17,155 nucleotides of DNA, from positions 1 through 17,155 of the forward strand of contig JBDHKN010000094.1 of assembly GCA_039586365.1 (NCBI GenBank), in the 5' to 3' direction. The position numbers were made by a program, and so were the translations under genes. The notes under the pieces are model-generated. The model had not been told where the DNA came from. It worked only from the letters and a program-made list of their open reading frames with translations, and made no database searches. The first letter of the stretch is position 1. Each line of letters opens with the position of its first letter. This stretch comes from Gemmatimonadota bacterium. GTDB taxonomy: Bacteria; Gemmatimonadota; Gemmatimonadetes; Gemmatimonadales; GWC2-71-9. Shown piece after piece: positions 1 to 6,602 of the stretch.

Positions 1-445
1 TCTCGTCCTCCCTTACCCGGGAGAACAGAGACATGGTCACCCGATAGGCGTCGGCGTAAGACGCGACAGCTACGCTATACCCGCAGTCGAGAAACTGTGA
101 GAGACGTTCGCCACCCAAGCTCCTGGGCTGGAACCCTCCATTCCCGAGCCTCTGGTTCTCTACATCGAGCACGGCGAGCGGGATGTCTAGATCAGCGAAC
201 ACCTGCGGGAGAACCTGCCACACCTGGCCGACCGTGGCAGCAACGGCATCGGACGACAGAGATGGCTCAGCCGATACGGCGAAGTTCACCGACTGGTCGG
301 ATACCGCTGTACCTGTGAAGCCGACCTGACCAAGGCTACCCAGCGTGCCGGTCCTGGCACAAGCTAGGGAAGACAACAGGGAAACGGCCGCGGCGGTGTG
401 GAGGATCCGAAGCTGCAGAGACGACCTGCTATTTGACGAGGACAT
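1..445 (-). CDS. Hypothetical lipoprotein-like protein, 3' end runs off the window
   Basis: Manual translation from ATG at 445-443 gives an open frame to the window edge: MSSSNSRSSLQLRILHTAAAVSLLSSLACARTG...VWQVLPQVFADLDIPL...LGGERLSQFLDCGYSVAVASYADAYRVTMSLFSRVREDE. GAAGGA RBS-like sequence just upstream. Basic N-region, hydrophobic stretch and an L-A-C lipobox-like site (Cys29). Absent from the ORF track because no stop is in the window. Confidence 0.75.
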   Translation of the reverse strand, partial: MSSSNSRSSLQLRILHTAAAVSLLSSLACARTGTLGSLGQVGFTGTAVSDQSVNFAVSAEPSLSSDAVAATVGQVWQVLPQVFADLDIPLAVLDVENQRLGNGGFQPRSLGGERLSQFLDCGYSVAVASYADAYRVTMSLFSRVREDE

Positions 446-594
446 CAGGGTCCTTCTTCACGCAGTAAGGTATGGAACAGCCAGCCAACAGTCTGCTCGC
501 AGTGGGCTGCTCTGGCCGTTATCTATTGAACAAACCTATTACACCAATATCTACAGACTGGGGCAGATAGGCCAGCGGGGAAGCCGCACCGGCT

Positions 595-1377
595 TCATGT
601 CTTCGGCGCCCCAGGCTTGGCCGCATAGATGAACTCGTAGTAATCGTGCATCTGGAGTTCGCTGGCCGCTGCTTGGTCGACGATTACCGTGGCATCGCGA
701 TGGAGCTGTATGGCGCTGGCGGTAACCATGCTGGTAATCGGCCCCTCCACGGTCTGCGCAATGGCCTGGGCCTTGGCTTTGCCGCTAGCTAGGAGTATCA
801 GCTTGCGGGCATCGAGGATCGTCCCGACACCCATGGTAATCGCATAGACCGGCACGTCTTCGGGCCTGTCGAAGAACCGCGCGTTGTCGTCGATGGTCTG
901 TTTGGCCAGCGTCTTGAGCCGGGTGCGGGAACTCAAAGAACTGGTCGGCTCGTTGAACGCTATGTGCCCGTCCGAGCCGATCCCCAGAAACTGCAAGTCG
1001 ATACCGCCGCACTCAGCGATGCGCTGTTCATACCATGCACAGAAGGACCGATAGTTGCTCGTGGTGCCCGACGGAATGTTGATGTTCTGGGGTTGGATAT
1101 TGACGTGCTGGAAGAAGTGTTGGTGCATGAAATGGTGGTAACTCTGCGGATGGTTCACCGGCAGCCCAACATATTCGTCGAGGTTGAATGTCGTTACGCG
1201 AGAGAAGTCGAGTTGTTCCTCCCTGTGCAAGCGCACCAGTTCTTGATAGAGACCCAGCGGCGTGGACCCCGTAGCCATGCCCAACACCGCATTGGGCTTG
1301 GCGTTCAGCACTTCGACGACTAGCGCTGCCGCCACCCTGCTCACCCGTTCGTAGTCCTTCTGAATGATCACTTCCAT
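595..1377 (-). CDS. nagB: Glucosamine-6-phosphate deaminase
   Basis: 260 aa with NagB motifs LGMATGSTP, TTFNLDEYVGL, HPQSY, GGIDLQFLGIGSDGHIAFNEP and AITMGVGTI. GGGAG RBS upstream of the ATG. Confidence 0.96.
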   Translation of the reverse strand: MEVIIQKDYERVSRVAAALVVEVLNAKPNAVLGMATGSTPLGLYQELVRLHREEQLDFSRVTTFNLDEYVGLPVNHPQSYHHFMHQHFFQHVNIQPQNINIPSGTTSNYRSFCAWYEQRIAECGGIDLQFLGIGSDGHIAFNEPTSSLSSRTRLKTLAKQTIDDNARFFDRPEDVPVYAITMGVGTILDARKLILLASGKAKAQAIAQTVEGPITSMVTASAIQLHRDATVIVDQAAASELQMHDYYEFIYAAKPGAPKT

Positions 1378-1532
1378 GATTGTAGCTCCCTAGGGCAACT
1401 GCTGATCTGGGCCCAGCTTCCGACCATGTGATATTCCAAACATGTCCAATGGCCGATACCCGGGGCAAGTTCGGTCTCGCCACGCTACATTTCGTGCTCG
1501 TTGACGGTGATCTCCATCAAACGATCGGCACC
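1378..1532. promoter_or_regulatory. Divergent promoter region between nagB and gltX; candidate -10 TACATT (1486-1491, +) for gltX
   Basis: 155-bp gap between divergently oriented genes, so promoters are expected here. TACATT fits TAnnnT but there is no convincing -35, so the exact sites are uncertain. Confidence 0.35.
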
Positions 1533-2849
1533 ATGACCCAACAAGATGTGCGCGTCCGTTTCGCACCTTCACCGACTGGTTACCTGCACGTGGGTGGAGC
1601 CCGCACAGCGCTGTTCAACTGGCTGTTCGCCCGCCAGACCGGTGGTAAGTCGCTGCTCCGAATCGAGGACACCGATCGGGAACGATCGTCCGATGCCCAC
1701 ACCAACGTGATTCGTGACGGGCTAACCTGGCTGGGCCTGGATTGGGACGAGGACATCGTATTCCAGGGAGCTGGACTGGCACGCCACCAAGCCCTGGCAG
1801 ACCAGTTGGTTGGCGTCGGGGACGCCTATGAGGAGGAAGGGGCTATCCGGTTTCGCATGCCACAGGGTGAGATCACTTGGGACGACGTGGTGCATGGCAG
1901 CGTGAGCTTCCAGGGTAGTGAGATCAAGGACTGGGTAATACTGCGCTCTGACCGCACACCTACATACAACTTCACCGTGGTGGCCGACGATCTGGAGATG
2001 CGCATCTCGCACGTGATCCGCGGGGCCGATCACGTCTCGAATACTCCCAAGCAAATCGCAGTGTATCAGGCGTTGACTGCGGACCTCCCGATTTTTGCCC
2101 ACGTTCCGATGATTCACGGACCCGACGGTAGAAAGCTATCGAAAAGGCACGGAGCGACCGCCGTCGGTGACTACAGGCAGCTAGGCATCCTGCCGGAAGC
2201 ACTGCGCAATTTCCTGGCTCTGCTCGGCTGGAATCCCAAGGACGAGCGGGAGCTGTTCTTCGACGTGGCTGAACTGATCGAGACATTCAGGCTGGAGGAC
2301 ATCCAGAAGAAGCACGCGATCTTCGACCACACCAAACTCGAGTGGATGAATGGTCAGTACTTGAGTCGCACTGCGGTCGACGTGCTGTGGCCGTTGGTCG
2401 AACCCGAACTGCGGCGTCGGGAGCTGGATCCGGACAAGTACCCGCGAGAGCGGGTCCTGCTCGCCGTGGAGATCAACCGGGAGCGGGCTCGCACGACACA
2501 CGAGATAGCAGAGCGGGCGGCCGTGCGACTCGACCGGCGCTTCATGGTGCGTGACGACCCCAAAGCGCAACAGCTCATCGCCAAGGATCCGGAGGTGTTT
2601 GCGATGGCACTCGAGGCTGCCGGACGACATCTCGCAACCGTACCTGAATCACAGTGGGAACCCGATCACCTGGAGTCTGAGCTGCGCGGGCTGGCCGAAT
2701 CGCTAGGTCTTGCCGTCGGGAAGCTGTTTCAGCCGATCCGGGTCGCCCTCACCGGGACGACCGTATCGGAGCCGGTGAATGTGTTGTTGTATGTGGTTGG
2801 GAAAGAGGAGAGTCTGGTGAGAATGGAGGCAGCAAGTAAAGGGCGGTAG
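1533..2849 (+). CDS. gltX: Glutamate--tRNA ligase (438 aa, compact form)
   Basis: VRVRFAPSPTGYLHVGG (HIGH-like), LRIEDTD, PTYNF, ISHVIRGADH and KLSKR (KMSKS-like) motifs, plus an anticodon-binding C-terminus with PIRVALTG. Start moved from the ORF-track 1428 to ATG 1533, because GluRS begins a few residues before RFAPSPTG. Confidence 0.95.
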   Translation: MTQQDVRVRFAPSPTGYLHVGGARTALFNWLFARQTGGKSLLRIEDTDRERSSDAHTNVIRDGLTWLGLDWDEDIVFQGAGLARHQALADQLVGVGDAYEEEGAIRFRMPQGEITWDDVVHGSVSFQGSEIKDWVILRSDRTPTYNFTVVADDLEMRISHVIRGADHVSNTPKQIAVYQALTADLPIFAHVPMIHGPDGRKLSKRHGATAVGDYRQLGILPEALRNFLALLGWNPKDERELFFDVAELIETFRLEDIQKKHAIFDHTKLEWMNGQYLSRTAVDVLWPLVEPELRRRELDPDKYPRERVLLAVEINRERARTTHEIAERAAVRLDRRFMVRDDPKAQQLIAKDPEVFAMALEAAGRHLATVPESQWEPDHLESELRGLAESLGLAVGKLFQPIRVALTGTTVSEPVNVLLYVVGKEESLVRMEAASKGR

Positions 2850-2926
2850 AAGGCGGTAGAAGGCGGTAAAGGGCGGTACTGTTTCCGCCCTTTACCGCCC
2901 TTGCCCGCCCTTTACCGCCCTTTACT
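2835..2926. repeat. Inverted pair of tandem 10-bp repeat arrays: (TARARGGCGG)x4, 8-nt loop, (CCGCCCTTTA-like)x4; probable bidirectional terminator/RNA hairpin
   Basis: Left arm 2835-2876 is AG TAAAGGGCGG TAGAAGGCGG TAGAAGGCGG TAAAGGGCGG. Loop is TACTGTTT. Right arm 2885-2926 reverse-complements to AG TAAAGGGCGG TAAAGGGCGG GCAAGGGCGG TAAAGGGCGG (36/42 identical by manual count). It lies between convergent genes. Confidence 0.92.
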
Positions 2927-4478
2927 CATAGCTCCTTCTCGCCGGCCGGCATGTAGGCCATTCCATGGGCTCACCAGTGCGCTGGTTCACCAAGTTCTCG
3001 CGTCGGTCGCGCGCAACCATCTCTGGGTCTTCTGACGCCAGATACACCAGCATCGCCGTCAAGGTCGCGTTATTCTTGACTTCGTCCCACACGATCTTGT
3101 CGAACGTATCGCGTTGCGTATGCCAGGTGTAGGGCGAGTAGCCCCAGCTGTTGGAACTCAGGCTGAACGACGGGGCGCCGTGGCAGATGAACGATGCGTA
3201 GTCGCTGCCGCCCCCACCCGGAGTGCCCGGAATCTGGAGATCGATATGCCGGGTGATCTCGTTCGGGATCTGAGCGATCCATCTACCAAAGTGCTCGGCG
3301 GCACCCGTGAGACCCTGCATTGAGATGCGAACCACACGGCCCGTGCCGTTGTCCTGATTGAACAACGCCTGGAGTCCCGCCACCACTTCAGGATGGTCTT
3401 CCGAGAACGCCCGGGAGCCGATCAAACCCTGCTCCTCCGCACCCCACAAGCCAACGATGATAGTGCGCTTGGGATTGGGATACACCTGCTTCAGAATGCG
3501 TATCGTCTCCATCATCGTCACGGAGCCGGTAGCGTTATCGACCGCGCCCTGACCACCGTCCCAAGAATCGAAGTGGGCCGACAGCAGTACGTACTCATCG
3601 GGCTTCTCAGACCCGCGGATCTCGGCAATAGTGTTGAACATGGGGACTTCACCCAGGAACTCCGCTTCCGCCTCCACTCGGAGCACCGGACCCTGGTTAT
3701 GCTTGGCCAAACGATACACCAGGCCATAGTCCTCACAGTTGACACCGAAAGTCGGAATACGCTCCGTAGTGGTCCCGAACACGCGCTGCACGCCCCAACC
3801 GCCGGGCCAACTCGAGGCCAGAATGCCGCGGGCACCGGCGCCTTCCAGCTTCTTGTACAGTGAGTCGTTACCGCCGATGCCGCGAATCATCTGGTTCCAA
3901 GCTTGCCTGGCCTCACTGCGAGCGGTCCGCATAGCCTCGAATGACTCCTCGGTCGCGAACTCTTCCCAGTTGTCGTCGGGGCGGCAGCTAGGCTCTAGGA
4001 ACGAGACGAGCACGAACTTGTCCCGAGCGGTGGGTAGCCACTGGTCAAGCTCCGCTGCGTTGGTGAACTCAGGAATGACGACCGCGGGTCCCTCGACCTC
4101 ACCGCGGGTCCCGGGGCTCCACGCCAGCATCGTGGCCTCGAGACTCCGCACCCACGGGCTGATCATGTCGACGTGACTGATACCACGGCGCCAGCCACGC
4201 CAGGTGCCGTATTGCTCGTTGCGAGCCGTGACACCCCACTGCTGGAACATCGATACCGCCCAGTCGTTGGCACCTCTCAGCTGGGGTGACCCTGTGAGTC
4301 GGGGACCAATCGAATCGAGCAGCACCTGCGCGATCGTGTAGAACTGGGAGTTCTCCATCCCTTCGGCCCAAATCGCCTTGATGACCGGATCGTTGGTCGG
4401 AAACGCCTGGGCCGCCACTGGAGCGCTGTACGACAGAAAACCGACTCCAGCAACTGCTGCCATGACTAGTCTTTTCAT
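2922..4478 (-). CDS. Exported M28 family metallopeptidase (carboxypeptidase Q / aminopeptidase-like)
   Basis: Sec signal peptide ending VAA-Q. N-terminal LLDSIGPRLTGS. M28 metal-ligand motifs SAHFDSWD, GAVDNATG, WGAEEQGLIGS, NQDNG, SDYASF and WHTQRDT. GAGG RBS upstream. Confidence 0.9.
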   Translation of the reverse strand: MKRLVMAAVAGVGFLSYSAPVAAQAFPTNDPVIKAIWAEGMENSQFYTIAQVLLDSIGPRLTGSPQLRGANDWAVSMFQQWGVTARNEQYGTWRGWRRGISHVDMISPWVRSLEATMLAWSPGTRGEVEGPAVVIPEFTNAAELDQWLPTARDKFVLVSFLEPSCRPDDNWEEFATEESFEAMRTARSEARQAWNQMIRGIGGNDSLYKKLEGAGARGILASSWPGGWGVQRVFGTTTERIPTFGVNCEDYGLVYRLAKHNQGPVLRVEAEAEFLGEVPMFNTIAEIRGSEKPDEYVLLSAHFDSWDGGQGAVDNATGSVTMMETIRILKQVYPNPKRTIIVGLWGAEEQGLIGSRAFSEDHPEVVAGLQALFNQDNGTGRVVRISMQGLTGAAEHFGRWIAQIPNEITRHIDLQIPGTPGGGGSDYASFICHGAPSFSLSSNSWGYSPYTWHTQRDTFDKIVWDEVKNNATLTAMLVYLASEDPEMVARDRRENLVNQRTGEPMEWPTCRPARRSYE

Positions 4479-4514
4479 ATTGCTGCCTCGTGTAGGAAGT
4501 GCGACTAGAAACTA

Positions 4515-4533
4515 GGCCCAGGGACGTTGGGCC
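4515..4533 (-). terminator. Short hairpin after the last gene of the coupled operon (possible weak terminator)
   Basis: GGCCCA-N7-TGGGCC (6-bp stem), followed on the minus strand by TAGTTTCT. That tract could instead be a -10 element for the peptidase gene. Confidence 0.3.
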
Positions 4534-4552
4534 GGAAGGTAGGGGACCATCT

Positions 4553-5434
4553 CTAGGGTATCGTGTCTCTCTTCACTGGCTGTTTGGCTTCCCGTTCGGC
4601 CTCGGCGAGCCTCTGAGCTTCACGTTCGGCGTCCTTGCGCGCTCGGATCGCCTTCACGTAGCGACGAAAATCAGCGTTTGTCTCCGCCTGCCGCGCCGCT
4701 CGGATGATCTCCTCGCGCACTCGCTGCAGCTCCCGAGCCTGCTGCGCTTGCTCGTAGTTGCCCTGCGGTAGCGGCAGCAAACCCAGTAACGCCAGGATCG
4801 GCGCCGGCAACTTGAGGTCTCCCAGATACACATACTTGCCATCAACCCCCCACTTCTTTCCGTTGATCTCCGTCACCCAACTGGGTGCGACCGGCGTCGC
4901 AAAACTGTCCGGTGGCATCGCCGCCAAAAACTCCAAGATCTTTGCCTGCACCGCTGAATCAACCCGCGCCGCATGCGTCGCCGGATCCGGCGACGCACCT
5001 ATCACTCCCAACCTCCCCTCCAGTGGACCCACCCAAAGATGACCTGTCCCATACGACGACCCAATCACCGGAACCGAACCAAGCACCGGATTGTGCCTCG
5101 TCAGATGCTTGGGCGGGATGCCGATCGGTACAACCCGCGGCGCAACTACGAAGCTGACGCCGCTTGCCGAGTCCCCAGCCACCGCAGGTTGACCACTCGC
5201 AGGCTGGGATCGAACGGTGGGTTGTGGCGCAACATCCAGCAGCAACACGTACTCCCGACTGGTCACATCACTGCTGTCGCCGAAGCGCTCAGCCACCTGG
5301 TTGGCGACCCTGCGCCCCACCGTCGGGACCAGTGCCGCCACCACCACCGCGTGCAGTAGCAGACTGACGACGCCCCAGCCCGGTTGCGGAGGCTTCGCAT
5401 CGGGCAGACGGAAGCTATGCCGGTACACCGGCAT
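4553..5434 (-). CDS. Hypothetical single-pass membrane protein with TonB/TolA-like SxxxH anchor and Pro-rich linker
   Basis: 293 aa ORF overlapping the aminotransferase stop by 20 nt. Hydrophobic WGVVSLLLHAVVVAALV near the N-terminus, Pro-rich middle, a beta-like segment WVTEINGKKWGVDGKYVYLGDLKLP and a charged helical tail. Confidence 0.75.
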   Translation of the reverse strand: MPVYRHSFRLPDAKPPQPGWGVVSLLLHAVVVAALVPTVGRRVANQVAERFGDSSDVTSREYVLLLDVAPQPTVRSQPASGQPAVAGDSASGVSFVVAPRVVPIGIPPKHLTRHNPVLGSVPVIGSSYGTGHLWVGPLEGRLGVIGASPDPATHAARVDSAVQAKILEFLAAMPPDSFATPVAPSWVTEINGKKWGVDGKYVYLGDLKLPAPILALLGLLPLPQGNYEQAQQARELQRVREEIIRAARQAETNADFRRYVKAIRARKDAEREAQRLAEAEREAKQPVKRDTIP

Positions 5435-6602
5435 CCTTGAACCGGGACAGTGCCCGCCCCACTCGACCAGCCGCGTCCCTCAACAGCTCCGGAACCACGG
5501 TCAACGCAATGCGAAAGTAACCCTCACCTGCCTCTCCAAACGCTGACCCTGGCATCACGAGCACGCCATCCCGTTCCAGCAAGTCGCTCGCGAAATCGGC
5601 TGACGGCACACCTTCCGGCAAGCGCAACCACAGGTACATGGTGGCCCTGGGAGTTTCAACAGCTATCCCGGCCTGGTTGAATGCCGCAACCGCAACGTTA
5701 CGGCGTTCCTCGAAATGGCGGACCAGCGGCTCTACGAGAGATTCGGCCTGGTCGAGTACTACGGCACCGGCGCGTTGAATCGCGAGGAACACTCCCGTAT
5801 CGACGTAGCTCTTGACCTTGCTCAACAGAGCGATGAGGTCAGCGGAGCCCACCGCCCAGCCGAGCCGCCAACCCGTCATGCAGAAGCTCTTGGAGAAGGA
5901 GTGAAACTCGAGCGCCACATCGCGCGCACCTGACAGCTCCAGTATGCTGGGGGCCCGATAGCCATCGAACGTCAACTCACAATACGGATTGTCGTAGGCC
6001 AGCGCTATGTCATACCGCCGGCAGATCTCGATCGTACGCTCCAAGAAGTCGACTGGCGCTACAGCCGTCGTCGGGTTGTTGGGATAGTTCATGAACACGA
6101 GGCTGGCCTTGGCCAGGCGCGCCGCGGGGATATCGGCCAACTCCAGCAGGAATGCCTGTTCCTCGCGCAACCGATAGCGCTCGACATCGGCATCCGCCAG
6201 ATAGGCTCCCATGTAACCCGGGTAGCCGGGCTCTGGAATGATGCACACGTCCCCCGGGTTGCACACGGCCAAGGGGAGATGAGCGAGCCCGTTCTTTGAT
6301 CCGATCAGCGGCAACACCTCCGTTACCGGATCCACCACAACATCGAACCGGCGCTTCATGTAGCGCGCTACCGCCTGGCGGAATTCGAGCAGACCCACTT
6401 GGAAGGCGTAGCGACTCATGGCGGGATCACCGAGAGCTTCGTGTAGCGCCGCGGTAGCGATCGCGGGAGGCGGGAAATCCGCGTCGCCGGCTCCGAGATC
6501 GAGCACCGCTCTCCCTGCTGCCTCCAGTCGCTTCTTGCTGGCAGCGAGCTCGTTGATCTTGTAGCTGGGGAGCAGCGCCATCCGCTGGCTCATCGAGATC
6601 AT
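5415..6602 (-). CDS. PLP-dependent class I/II aminotransferase, LL-diaminopimelate aminotransferase (DapL)-like
   Basis: Motifs DLGAGDAD, LIGSKNGLAHL, FMNYPNNPT, YDNPY, FHSFSKSFCMTGWRLG (PLP lysine), KVKSYVDTGVFLAIQ and PGSAFGEAGEGYFRIALT. ATGA overlap with the dinG stop (6599-6602). The substrate is inferred. Confidence 0.88.
   Translation of the reverse strand: MISMSQRMALLPSYKINELAASKKRLEAAGRAVLDLGAGDADFPPPAIATAALHEALGDPAMSRYAFQVGLLEFRQAVARYMKRRFDVVVDPVTEVLPLIGSKNGLAHLPLAVCNPGDVCIIPEPGYPGYMGAYLADADVERYRLREEQAFLLELADIPAARLAKASLVFMNYPNNPTTAVAPVDFLERTIEICRRYDIALAYDNPYCELTFDGYRAPSILELSGARDVALEFHSFSKSFCMTGWRLGWAVGSADLIALLSKVKSYVDTGVFLAIQRAGAVVLDQAESLVEPLVRHFEERRNVAVAAFNQAGIAVETPRATMYLWLRLPEGVPSADFASDLLERDGVLVMPGSAFGEAGEGYFRIALTVVPELLRDAAGRVGRALSRFKDAGVPA

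Noticed and set aside
545..560. Imperfect palindrome CAATATCTACAGACTG as a NagR/DasR-type operator
   Set aside because: Only 10/16 self-complementary, a poor match to the GTCTAGAC-type core, and downstream rather than upstream of nagB.
580..596. Hairpin GAAGCCG-CAC-CGGCTTC at the nagB stop as an intrinsic terminator
   Set aside because: It has a 7-bp stem with a 3-nt loop overlapping the stop codon and no U-tract, which is not enough support.
97..632. Plus-strand ORFs 97-318 and 345-632
   Set aside because: No motifs or RBS; they overlap the better-supported minus-strand lipoprotein gene and the nagB 3' end.
1428..1532. N-terminal extension of GluRS from the ORF track (similarly dinG 9113-9265, DUF4175-like 15445-15543, rsmI 16931-16990)
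   Set aside because: The extensions do not look like family sequence and fall in promoter DNA, upstream genes or a hairpin. Downstream starts match family N-termini or 4-nt stop/start overlaps.
2835..2926. Repeat cluster as a CRISPR array
   Set aside because: The units are 10 bp, directly adjacent with no unique spacers, and arranged as an inverted pair. There are no cas genes in the window.
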